This document shows, piece by piece, positions 9,405-17,861 of a stretch of DNA of 64,000 nt. The translations under genes were made by a program, and so were the position numbers. Positions within the stretch are counted from its first letter, which is position 1; every line of letters begins with the position of its first letter. This DNA is from an uncultured Desulfobacteraceae bacterium (GTDB taxonomy: Bacteria > Desulfobacterota > Desulfobacteria > Desulfobacterales > JALSRD01): contig CAYUAQ010000001.1 in NCBI GenBank assembly GCA_964442705.1, positions 14,976-78,975 on the forward strand, in the 5' to 3' direction. Under the pieces are notes generated by a model. It ran no database searches. It had not been told where the DNA came from and worked only from the letters and a program-made list of their open reading frames with translations.

Positions 9405-11834
9405 ATGAAAGATCAGGCGCGCGTCGTGATCATCGGCGGTGGTATCTTCGGGGCCAGCATCGCCTACCACATTGCCGAAGCCGGGTGTACGGACGTGGTG
9501 CTGCTGGAAAAAGGCGAGCTGACCAGTGGTACGACCTTTCACTCGGTGGGGCTGGTTTCCCAGTTTCGCACCTCGCCCTCCCTCATGAAAGTGGTGAACT
9601 ACAGCATCCGGCTGTTCAACAAACTCCAGCGAGAGGTGGGCGACACCCTGGGCTGGCGCAAGGTGGGCAGTCTGCGCCTGGCGTCAAGCCGTGACCGCTT
9701 GAAGGCCCTGCAGCGTGAGGTCAGCCGCGCCCGCGCCATCGGCATCCAGGCCGAAATGATATCGGACCGGCAGGCCCTGGAGATTGCGCCGTTTCTCTCC
9801 GCAGACGAGCTCTATGGAGCCGTATACGTACCGGACGACGGACACATCGACCCCAGTTCGGTCACATACGAACTGGCGCGCCAGGCCCGGAAACGGGGGG
9901 TCGAGATCAACACCGGCGTACGGGTGATGGACATTGAACTGACCGGCAGCGGAGAGGTTGAAAGGGTGATCACCGATGGCGGTACTATCCGCGCCGACTG
10001 CGTGGTCTGCGCCGCCGGCCAATGGACGCCACGCGTGGCCCAGATGGTGGGTGTCGAACTCCCCATCGTCCCCATGATGAACCAGTACCTGACCACCAGG
10101 CCCATCGCCGGTCAGGAACTGCCGCCGGACACCCCTGTCATCCGGGATCCGGACTACCTTTTCTACAGCCGGGAAGACGTGGGCGCCTTTCTCATCGGCG
10201 GATTCGAGACCACCCCCAAGCCCTGGTCTGTGGAGGGAGTGCCCTGGGATTTTTCCCAGCAGCTGCTCAGCGGTGAATGGGAAATTTTCGAGCGCATCAT
10301 GGAGGGCGCCATGAAGCGGATTCCATTGACGGCCGAGGCCGAGGCCATCGAACTGGTCAACGGACCCGAAGCGTTCACTCCCGATGGCTTCTACCTGCTG
10401 GGACCGGTACCCGGCGTCAGGGGGTTTTACATCGCCGCCGGCGGATCGGACAATGGCATCGCCGGGTCGGGGGGGATCGGAAAACTGATGGCCGAATGGG
10501 TTCTGGAAGGCGAGCCTTCGCTGGACACCCACGAGATGAACGTGCGCCGATTCGGCCCGCATTACAACCACCGTAAATACCTGGTGGAGCATTGCCGGGA
10601 GGTCATCCGCTACTATTATCACCTGCGCTATCCATACGATGAAAACGAGTGGGGGCGGCCCCTGCGGACCAGCCCCTTTTACGGGCGGCTGAAGGAACGC
10701 GGTGCGGTTTTCGGTGAAAAGAACGGCTGGGAACGGGTCAACCACTTCGACCCCGGGAAGCCCTGGCGGCAGGCCGGCGCAGATCAGTCGGCCTGGGGGT
10801 GGGGAAGGCCCGACTTTTTCGATCAGGTGGCGGCCGAGGCGCGCGCCGCCAGGGAGCGGGCCGCGCTGATCGACATGACTTCTTTCGGGAAAATCGATGT
10901 GCGCGGACGAGGCGCGCTGGCGTTCCTGCAGAAAATGGCCGTGGGCAACCTGGACAAACCGGTGGGGCGCATCACCTACACCCAGTTTTTAAACCCCGCC
11001 GGCGGTATCGAAAGCGACGTGACCATCACCCGCGTGGCCGAAGATCATTTCCGGGTCATTTCCGGAACCGCGTTCGTCTCCAATGATCTGGGCTGGATGA
11101 CCATGCACCAGCCCCGGGACGGATCCGTCAGCCTGGCGGATGTCAGCGAACAGTGGGGCTGTCTGGTCATTTGCGGGCCGGTGTCTCGCGGTATCCTGCA
11201 ACGGATCTGCGAGGCCGACCTTTCAAACGCTGCCTTTCCTTACATGACGGCACGGTCGGTACAGGTGGCCGGCATGGAGGTGTGGGCCCAGCGCATCGGC
11301 TACACCGGCGAACTGGGCTGGGAGCTGTACATTCCCTGGGAAAGGGGGCCGGCCGTGTGGGACGCCCTCGTGACGGCCGGCGGCGGCATGCTGCGACCCA
11401 TAGGCTACCGGGCCCTGGATTCGCTGCGCATCGAAAAGGGCTATCTGTACTGGAGTGCGGACATCACCCCCGAAGACAATCCCCTAGAAGCCGGTCTGGC
11501 GGTGGATTTTGAAAAAGGCGACTTCATGGGGCGCGAAGCGCTGCTGAAGATCCGGGAAAAGGGACTGAAAACCCGCCTGAGCGCCCTGGTGCTGGACGCC
11601 GAACACGGTCTGTACGGCGGAGAGTCGGTATACGCCGGCGATCTTCTGGTGGGCCGCATCCGCAGCGCCGCCTTCGGGTACACGGTGGGCAAGGATGTCG
11701 GGCTTGTCTATCTGCCCCCGGCCCTGGCCGTGCCGCAAACATCCCTGACGGTCGAAATCTTCGACCGCCGCGTTCCGGCCCGGGTGGCGGCACTGCCACT
11801 GGTGGATCCCGCCGGAGAAAAACTGAAGTCCTGA
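9405..11834 (+). CDS. Dimethylglycine/sarcosine-dehydrogenase-like enzyme (DAO-type FAD oxidoreductase fused to GcvT-like folate-binding aminomethyltransferase domain)
   Basis: 809 aa. N-terminus VVIIGGGIFGASIAYHIAEAG (FAD). C-terminal half has GcvT-like motifs (LIDMTSFGKIDVRG, YTGELGWELYIP, RIEKGY). Starts 4 nt after etfA. Confidence 0.85.
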   Translation: MKDQARVVIIGGGIFGASIAYHIAEAGCTDVVLLEKGELTSGTTFHSVGLVSQFRTSPSLMKVVNYSIRLFNKLQREVGDTLGWRKVGSLRLASSRDRLKALQREVSRARAIGIQAEMISDRQALEIAPFLSADELYGAVYVPDDGHIDPSSVTYELARQARKRGVEINTGVRVMDIELTGSGEVERVITDGGTIRADCVVCAAGQWTPRVAQMVGVELPIVPMMNQYLTTRPIAGQELPPDTPVIRDPDYLFYSREDVGAFLIGGFETTPKPWSVEGVPWDFSQQLLSGEWEIFERIMEGAMKRIPLTAEAEAIELVNGPEAFTPDGFYLLGPVPGVRGFYIAAGGSDNGIAGSGGIGKLMAEWVLEGEPSLDTHEMNVRRFGPHYNHRKYLVEHCREVIRYYYHLRYPYDENEWGRPLRTSPFYGRLKERGAVFGEKNGWERVNHFDPGKPWRQAGADQSAWGWGRPDFFDQVAAEARAARERAALIDMTSFGKIDVRGRGALAFLQKMAVGNLDKPVGRITYTQFLNPAGGIESDVTITRVAEDHFRVISGTAFVSNDLGWMTMHQPRDGSVSLADVSEQWGCLVICGPVSRGILQRICEADLSNAAFPYMTARSVQVAGMEVWAQRIGYTGELGWELYIPWERGPAVWDALVTAGGGMLRPIGYRALDSLRIEKGYLYWSADITPEDNPLEAGLAVDFEKGDFMGREALLKIREKGLKTRLSALVLDAEHGLYGGESVYAGDLLVGRIRSAAFGYTVGKDVGLVYLPPALAVPQTSLTVEIFDRRVPARVAALPLVDPAGEKLKS

Positions 11835-11849
11835 CAGGTCGGCATCGGC

Positions 11850-11877
11850 GGACAGCGGTGCTGCACCCCCGCTGTCC
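11850..11877 (+). terminator. Stem-loop after the dehydrogenase gene (possible terminator, no clear U-tract)
   Basis: GGACAGCGG-(10 nt)-CCGCTGTCC, a 9-bp perfect stem 16 nt after the stop. Confidence 0.35.
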
Positions 11878-12039
11878 GGCCAGAGGGGCAGGTGACGGAG
11901 GCCTGGATGCTTGCCGGTTGCCGGTCCCTTCCGCGTCCTGGTCCCCACGCTTGCGGCCGCATCCGGCGGCGGTGTATTTCTGTATATACATATAAACCAA
12001 TAGTATCGCTGTATTATCAAGTGGTTGAGGCGTTAAGAC

Positions 12040-12180
12040 CTTGATATATGAAGCTTTAGACGCTGATGTGGTTATGCTTACTATAATTAAATTTCATTCA
12101 TTTTATATTATTTTCTTATTGCAATTGAAATGGAATGGTTGTACTGTAGCCACGCTCTCGGAACCCGGGAGATTGTGCAG
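12040..12180 (+). promoter_or_regulatory. AT-rich promoter/regulatory region upstream of the ABC importer operon
   Basis: A strikingly AT-rich island in a GC-rich genome. It contains TATAAT at 12082-12087. No convincing -35 or sigma-54 element was found by eye. Confidence 0.3.
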
Positions 12181-12216
12181 TGGATTACCTAAACCACCAA
12201 GAAAGGGAGGACGCGT

Positions 12217-13263
12217 ATGAAGACAAGGACAAGAACACTATGTTGGACACTGATAGCCGTTTTTGCCGCCGGGCTGGTGCTGGCCGCCGTTCCCGCCATC
12301 GCCAAGGATCTTCTGGTGTACACGGCGCTGGAGGACGACGAACTGGCCATCTACAAGAAGCAGTTCAAAATTGACCATCCGGAAATCAACCTGAAGATCG
12401 TGCGCGACTCCACGGGCATCGTCACCGCCAAGCTGCTGGCCGAAAAGGACAACCCGCGGGCCGATCTCATCTGGGGCCTGTCGGTGACCAGTGTGATGGT
12501 GTGCGACAACGTCGGCATGCTGACCGGCTACAGCCCCAAGGGACTGGATAAATTCTACAAGGGGTTTTACGACGACAAGAACAAGCAGGCGCACTGGACC
12601 GGTCTCAAAGCTTACATGACGGGATTCGTGGGCAACACCATCGAGATGAAGAAGCTGGGACTGACCATGCCCCAGTCCTATGCCGACCTGATCAAGCCGG
12701 AGTACAAGGGCTACCTGGTGATGCCCAACCCGGCCTCCTCGGGAACCGGTTTCCTGACGGTCTCGGCCTTCCTGCAGCTCATGGGCGAGGAAAAAGCCTG
12801 GGCATTTATGGACAAGCTGCACGAGAACATCGCCGTCTACACCCATTCCGGCTCCAAGCCCGCCAAGCTGGCGGGAAAGGGTGAGTATCCCATCGGCATC
12901 TCCTTCGCCTACCGCGGGTTCAAGCAGAAAGCCAAGGGCGAGCCGGTGGTGGTGGCCTTCCCCAAAGAGGGTTCCGGCTGGGAACTGGAGGCCAACGGCC
13001 TGATCAAGAAGCCCAAGATCAAGAAAGAGGCCAAGGTGTTCCTGGACTGGGCCATCAGCGACACCATGTTCAAACACTACAGCAAAGTGTACCCCATCAT
13101 CGCCAAGAAGGGCATCAAGGTGGTGGTCCCCGAGGGCTACCCCAAGGATCCCACCAAGCAGCTCATCAAGAACGACTTCGAGTGGGCCGCCAAGAACCGC
13201 GACAGGATCCTCAAGGAGTGGACCAAGCGATACGACAGCAAGAGCCTGCCCAAAAAGAAATAA
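12217..13263 (+). CDS. ABC transporter periplasmic substrate-binding protein, Fe3+/2-aminoethylphosphonate (PhnS2-like) family
   Basis: Signal peptide (LIAVFAAGLVLAAVPAIA), then KDLLVYTALEDDELAIYKKQFK..NLKIVRDSTG...ADLIWG, as in AEP/iron-type SBPs. GGGAGG RBS. Confidence 0.75.
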   Translation: MKTRTRTLCWTLIAVFAAGLVLAAVPAIAKDLLVYTALEDDELAIYKKQFKIDHPEINLKIVRDSTGIVTAKLLAEKDNPRADLIWGLSVTSVMVCDNVGMLTGYSPKGLDKFYKGFYDDKNKQAHWTGLKAYMTGFVGNTIEMKKLGLTMPQSYADLIKPEYKGYLVMPNPASSGTGFLTVSAFLQLMGEEKAWAFMDKLHENIAVYTHSGSKPAKLAGKGEYPIGISFAYRGFKQKAKGEPVVVAFPKEGSGWELEANGLIKKPKIKKEAKVFLDWAISDTMFKHYSKVYPIIAKKGIKVVVPEGYPKDPTKQLIKNDFEWAAKNRDRILKEWTKRYDSKSLPKKK

Positions 13264-13275
13264 ATCGGAAAGGAG

Positions 13276-13292
13276 CCGGGAAAATTTCCCGG
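13276..13292 (+). promoter_or_regulatory. Intercistronic palindrome/hairpin between the SBP and ATPase genes
   Basis: CCGGGAAAATTTCCCGG, a near-perfect palindrome 13 nt after the SBP stop. This is a typical position for an mRNA-stabilising or attenuating hairpin. Confidence 0.35.
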
Positions 13293-13444
13293 GCATAATT
13301 ACGGGGTGGCCTGCTGGTGCAACATCCCTGGCGGGATCACCCTGACAGCAGATCAAGTGCCGGCGTGCAGACGGTTCGTCGCGCCGGCACCGCTGTTTGC
13401 AGCCCTATAAAAGAGACCCCGGTTTCGCACAGGAAGGATTTCAG

Positions 13445-14572
13445 ATGTCCTCAAGTTCTGCCGCCGCGGCAAAGCCAACCGAACCCTTTCTGGAAGTACG
13501 TAGCGTCACGAAGATGTTCGGCCGTTTCGTGGCCCTGGAAGATGTATCGCTGGAGGTCTATCCCGGAGAGCTGGTCTGCATCCTGGGCCCCAGCGGCTGC
13601 GGCAAGACCACGCTGCTGCGGGTGATCGCCGGCCTGGAGGAGCAGAACGTCGGTGAAATATTTTTGAAAGGCACCGATATCTCCCGCTACCCCACCTCCA
13701 AACGCCAGTGCGGTATCGTTTTCCAGTCCTATGCCCTTTTCCCCAACCTGACCGCTGCCCAGAACGTGGCCTACGGACTGAAAAACGCCGGCTTGAATCG
13801 CGAAAGGATTGTCGCCCGTACCCGGGAGATGCTGGATCTGGTGGGACTCGGCGACCAGGGACGAAAGTATCCGGCCCAGCTTTCAGGCGGCCAGCAGCAG
13901 CGTGTCGCCCTGGCGCGCGCCCTGGCCCCCAACCCCTCCATGCTGCTGCTGGATGAACCCCTGTCGGCGCTGGATGCCCAGGTGAGGGTGTACCTGCGCA
14001 GCGAGATTCGCGAACTGCAGCAGCGGCTGGGTATCACCACCATCATGGTGACCCACGATCAGGAGGAGGGGCTCACCATGGCCGACCGCATCATACTGAT
14101 GAAGGACGGCCGCTTGATTCAGTGCGACCCTCCCCAGACCATCTACCAGTCGCCCAAGACGACATTTGCCGCCGGCTTCATCGGCGCCATGAACTTTTTC
14201 AGGGGCTGGCGGGTGGCCGAGGCCGGCACCGTGGTGCTGGACGATTACACCCTCACGCTCGGCAACGGGCAGCTGGCGGAAATGGTGGGCCAGGAGGTGA
14301 CCCTGGCCATCCGGCCCGAAGACATCCGGGTGATGGAATCCGGAAAGACCGATACCAACATGGTGGAGGCCGAGATTCGCCACGTTGAATTCCGCGGGGC
14401 CTCCTATCGGCTGCGCATGCGGCTCAAGCGGCGCGGGGACTCGGAAAAATCCGATGACTTCGAGGCCGACATGCCCGCCATCCGGGTAGATCGCCTGGGG
14501 CTGAAAAGAGGGGTGTGCGTCAAAGCGCACCTGCCGCCGGACCGCCTGCTGTGGTTTAGCGAGGGCAGTTGA
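13445..14572 (+). CDS. ABC transporter ATP-binding protein (PhnT/PotA/FbpC-like, with C-terminal TOBE-like domain)
   Basis: Walker A GPSGCGKTT, signature LSGGQQQRVALARAL, Walker B LLLLDEP. Start chosen at MSSSS (AGGAAGGA RBS). The longest ORF starts at 13397. Confidence 0.88.
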   Translation: MSSSSAAAAKPTEPFLEVRSVTKMFGRFVALEDVSLEVYPGELVCILGPSGCGKTTLLRVIAGLEEQNVGEIFLKGTDISRYPTSKRQCGIVFQSYALFPNLTAAQNVAYGLKNAGLNRERIVARTREMLDLVGLGDQGRKYPAQLSGGQQQRVALARALAPNPSMLLLDEPLSALDAQVRVYLRSEIRELQQRLGITTIMVTHDQEEGLTMADRIILMKDGRLIQCDPPQTIYQSPKTTFAAGFIGAMNFFRGWRVAEAGTVVLDDYTLTLGNGQLAEMVGQEVTLAIRPEDIRVMESGKTDTNMVEAEIRHVEFRGASYRLRMRLKRRGDSEKSDDFEADMPAIRVDRLGLKRGVCVKAHLPPDRLLWFSEGS

Positions 14573-14681
14573 TGCTTTCCCACGGTTGGGTTGTCCGGTG
14601 TCCGTGGGCAAATGACAACACCGGAGGAGCACAGGTACAATATTCTTGCGCCCCCTCTGCACTTTCTTGTGCCGGTGGATT

Positions 14682-16757
14682 ATGACTTCTTCAACGATTG
14701 CCGAAAATTTCCTGGATTTTAACAGAATCGCCCGTAAGAAAGTGCGCCAGTACACCAGTTCAGAGAACTGGCTGCGCCGCTTCATGATATGGCTGCTGGT
14801 GCTGTGGATGACGGTGGCGGTGCTGCTGCCCGTATATCAGCTGTTGGAGCGCAGCATGCATGCCGAGGTGGCCGTCAATATCTTCGGTGAAGACGATGTG
14901 CGCCTGGGCGGCCGCCGGGTGTACATCAAGGACGGCCAGGTCATTTTCGACGCCACCCCGCTACCGCTGCGCGAGGGCACCATCTCCCATGACGGCATGA
15001 CCGTGGTGGTCGAAAACAGCAAGTTCCGCGAGGTGGTGTGCGAAAGGATCATGCTCTACGCCGAACCCACCATGGTAAAACCGGTGCGGGTGCAGCTGAG
15101 CGATGAGGCCTGGATCATCGACGGCCGCAAGCTGGCCGAAGACGATTACCAGGGGCTGGTGCAGCGCTGGATCGGGTTGAGCAACTTCAAGAAATACTTC
15201 GCCAACCGGGCATTGTACTACTCGGTGTACAACAGCCTGTTCGTGTCCGTGCTGACCACCCTGATCGCCGTGCTCCTGTCGCTGATCTACGCCTATGCCA
15301 TCACCCGCACCAAGATTGCGGGCAAGATATTTTTCCGCGTGGTGGCCATGCTGCCGCTCTATGCCCCCACCATGCTCTACGGGCTGTCGCTGGTCTACCT
15401 GTTCGGCCACAAGGGGTTTATCACCACGGGGTTTTTCGGACATCTGCCCTGGCTGGCCTGGGACATTCACCTCTACGGGGCGGTGGGCATCGTCATCTCC
15501 GAGGTGGTTTTCACCTTCCCGGCGGCTTACATGATCCTGATGGTCACCCTGCTGAACACCGATGCCCGGCTTTACGAGGCGGCCATCAGTCTGGGCGCCG
15601 GCAAGGTGCGCACCTTTCTGACCGTGACCCTGCCGGGTATCAAATACGGCCTGCTGAGCGCCATCTTCGTCTGCTTCACCCTGTGTTTCACGGACTTCGG
15701 CGCGCCCAAAGTGGTGGGCGGCAACTACAATGTGCTGGCAGTGGATATCTACAAACAGGTCATTGGCCAGCAGAATTTTGGCATGGGTGCCACCATCAGC
15801 ATCATCCTTCTGATCCCGGCGCTCATCTCTTTTATCGCCGACCGCATCGTGCAGCGGCGCCAAGTGGTGGCGCTGACGGCGCGCAGCGTGCCCTACGCCC
15901 CCAAGAAGAACCTGTTCGTCGATACTTCCATGTTCGTGCTGTGCGCCATGATCGCGGGCTTCATCCTGGCCATGCTGTTTGCCGCCGGGTTCGGGTCACT
16001 GGTCAAGATGTGGCCCTACAATTTCGAGCTGGGCCTGTGGCATTATTCCTTTGAAGACGTGGGCGGGGGCGGCTACAACGCCTTCTGGAATTCCATCCGC
16101 ATGGCCACCTACACGGCCGTCATCGGCACCATGGTGACCTTCACGGCCGCCTACCTCATCGAGAAGACGCGGCGCATGCGCATCCTGCGGCAGGCCTCCT
16201 ACCTGCTGTCCATCATCCCGCTGGCCCTGCCGGGCATGGTCATCGGCATTTCCTATATCTTCTTCTTTAACGACCCGCAGCTGAACATCCCTTTCACCAA
16301 CATCGGCTTTGCCAACCCCTTTCACGCCCTCTACGGCACCATCTGGATCATGGTGATCGCCAACATCATCCATTTCTACACCGTCAGTTTCCTGACCTCC
16401 ACCTCGGCCCTGCGACAGCTGGACAAGGAATTCGAGACGGTTTCCGAATCCATGTCGGTGCCTTTCTACACCACCTTCGCCCGCGTGACCGTGCCGGTGT
16501 GCCTGCCGGCCCTGGTGGAGGTGTTCATGTTTTATTTCGTCAGCTCCATGGCCACGGTTTCGGCGGTGATCTTCCTGTACTCGGCCGACACGGTGCTGGC
16601 CTCGGTGGCCGTCGTCAACATGGACGATGCCGGTGACCAGGCCCCGGCGGCGGCCATGTGCATGCTCATCGTGATGGCCAACATCGCCGTGCGCCTGGGC
16701 AGCGAAGGGGTCAATTATTTGTTCCGCAAGAAAACCGAGAGCTGGCGCCAGCGCTGA
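14682..16757 (+). CDS. Fused (two-module, about 12 TM) ABC transporter permease, PhnU2/FbpB-like
   Basis: About 690 aa, very hydrophobic, with two repeated BPD-transporter modules, as in fused iron/AEP-type permeases. The start is uncertain (14646 TTG or 14682 ATG). Confidence 0.8.
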   Translation: MTSSTIAENFLDFNRIARKKVRQYTSSENWLRRFMIWLLVLWMTVAVLLPVYQLLERSMHAEVAVNIFGEDDVRLGGRRVYIKDGQVIFDATPLPLREGTISHDGMTVVVENSKFREVVCERIMLYAEPTMVKPVRVQLSDEAWIIDGRKLAEDDYQGLVQRWIGLSNFKKYFANRALYYSVYNSLFVSVLTTLIAVLLSLIYAYAITRTKIAGKIFFRVVAMLPLYAPTMLYGLSLVYLFGHKGFITTGFFGHLPWLAWDIHLYGAVGIVISEVVFTFPAAYMILMVTLLNTDARLYEAAISLGAGKVRTFLTVTLPGIKYGLLSAIFVCFTLCFTDFGAPKVVGGNYNVLAVDIYKQVIGQQNFGMGATISIILLIPALISFIADRIVQRRQVVALTARSVPYAPKKNLFVDTSMFVLCAMIAGFILAMLFAAGFGSLVKMWPYNFELGLWHYSFEDVGGGGYNAFWNSIRMATYTAVIGTMVTFTAAYLIEKTRRMRILRQASYLLSIIPLALPGMVIGISYIFFFNDPQLNIPFTNIGFANPFHALYGTIWIMVIANIIHFYTVSFLTSTSALRQLDKEFETVSESMSVPFYTTFARVTVPVCLPALVEVFMFYFVSSMATVSAVIFLYSADTVLASVAVVNMDDAGDQAPAAAMCMLIVMANIAVRLGSEGVNYLFRKKTESWRQR

Positions 16758-16782
16758 CGCTTTCGCCACCGGTGGAAACCTT

Positions 16783-16815
16783 AAAACGGGGCCTTTTAGG
16801 AAAAGGCCCCGTTTT
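16783..16815 (+). terminator. Rho-independent terminator ending the ABC importer operon
   Basis: AAAACGGGGCCTTTT-AGG-AAAAGGCCCCGTTTT, a perfect 15-bp stem with A/T tracts on both sides (bidirectional type). Confidence 0.8.
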
Positions 16816-16898
16816 GCGTTGGGGGTGTCGTCACACCGTTTCGCGGAATCCGGCCGACACCATAACTTGACGTTATTCAATGTATTAAAATTCTTATT

Positions 16899-16927
16899 TT
16901 GACTCATATCTTCGGTTCCGTTATAGA
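16899..16927 (+). promoter_or_regulatory. Sigma-70-like promoter of the citrate-synthase-fold/transaminase/ALDH operon
   Basis: TTGACT (16899-16904), 17-nt spacer, TATAGA (16922-16927). About 38 nt upstream of the AGGAGG-ATG at 16965. Confidence 0.5.
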
Positions 16928-16964
16928 GGCGCCGATTGTGACCCTTACATCAGGAGGATCGTTT

Positions 16965-17861
16965 ATGGACCGCAAACCCATGTTCAGAAGAAAGACGTCG
17001 ATTTCGTACAAGACCGAGGAAAAAACGGTGATGCGGGGGTACAACCTGAGCGACCTGGCCGAGGAAGGCTACTCGTTCTGTGACGCCCTTTTCGTGCTCT
17101 ACCAGAACCGCATCCCCACCGAGGAAGAAGAGAAGATGCTCAACTACGAGATGGGGGTGTTCCTGGAGCACTCCATGTCGCCCTCGGCCGTGGCCGCCAT
17201 CGGGGTGAGCGCCGGGCGGCCCAACCTGCCCTGTGCCGTGGCCGCCGCCATCACCACCTTCGGCGGAGTGCACGGCCCCGGCGCGGCCCACGGCTACATG
17301 CTCAACAAGTACATCGAGCGCGCCCTGGAAGAGGGCAAGAGCATCGACGAGATGGCCAAGACCCTGGTGGACGAGTACATGGACAACAAGCGACCCGTGA
17401 TGGGCATGGGGCAGCCCCAGCACATCGACAGCGACCCCCGCGCCGAACCCATTCATCTCAAGCAGGAGGAGCTGGAACTTAAGGGGGTATATCTCGAATT
17501 TCAGCGGGCCGTGGAGAAATACTTCCACGAGCGGCGCAAACGCGAGGGACGCTCATACGTGGGCGTCAACGTGGTGGGCTCCGGCAACACGGCCCTGATG
17601 GAGATCGGGTTTTCGCCCAATGCCGGCTGGTGCATCGGAAGCGTCACCCGCGGTTTCAGCTGCGCCGCCCACGCCCTGTTCAACATGAAGAAGGGGCGCG
17701 CCTGGGGCGCTTCGCGCAACGAACCCATGGTGCAGATGATCGACCTGTCCATGATCAAGTACGTGGGGCCCGAAGACCGGGTGGTTCCCAAGCAGGAAGA
17801 GCGCCAGGAGTACGCCCGCAAACAGAAGCAAGAGGGGGAATACAAGAAATGGGTTATATAG
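16965..17861 (+). CDS. Citrate-synthase-fold protein A (citryl-CoA-lyase/citrate-synthase-like, diverged active site)
   Basis: 298 aa. CS-like motifs: TTFGGVHGPGAAHGYML (compare GPLHGGA), PVMGMGQPQHIDSDPRA (compare GFGHRVYKxxDPRA), GFSPNAGWCIGSVTRGFSCAAHAL (compare RxxGWxAH). AGGAGG RBS before ATG 16965. The ORF-track start at 16899 is TTG. Confidence 0.65.
   Translation: MDRKPMFRRKTSISYKTEEKTVMRGYNLSDLAEEGYSFCDALFVLYQNRIPTEEEEKMLNYEMGVFLEHSMSPSAVAAIGVSAGRPNLPCAVAAAITTFGGVHGPGAAHGYMLNKYIERALEEGKSIDEMAKTLVDEYMDNKRPVMGMGQPQHIDSDPRAEPIHLKQEELELKGVYLEFQRAVEKYFHERRKREGRSYVGVNVVGSGNTALMEIGFSPNAGWCIGSVTRGFSCAAHALFNMKKGRAWGASRNEPMVQMIDLSMIKYVGPEDRVVPKQEERQEYARKQKQEGEYKKWVI

Noticed and set aside
12238-13356. 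372-aa minus-strand ORF opposite the ABC substrate-binding protein gene
   Set aside because: It is antisense to a gene with a signal peptide, an RBS and family motifs. It has no RBS and a low-complexity G/L/V/H-rich translation.
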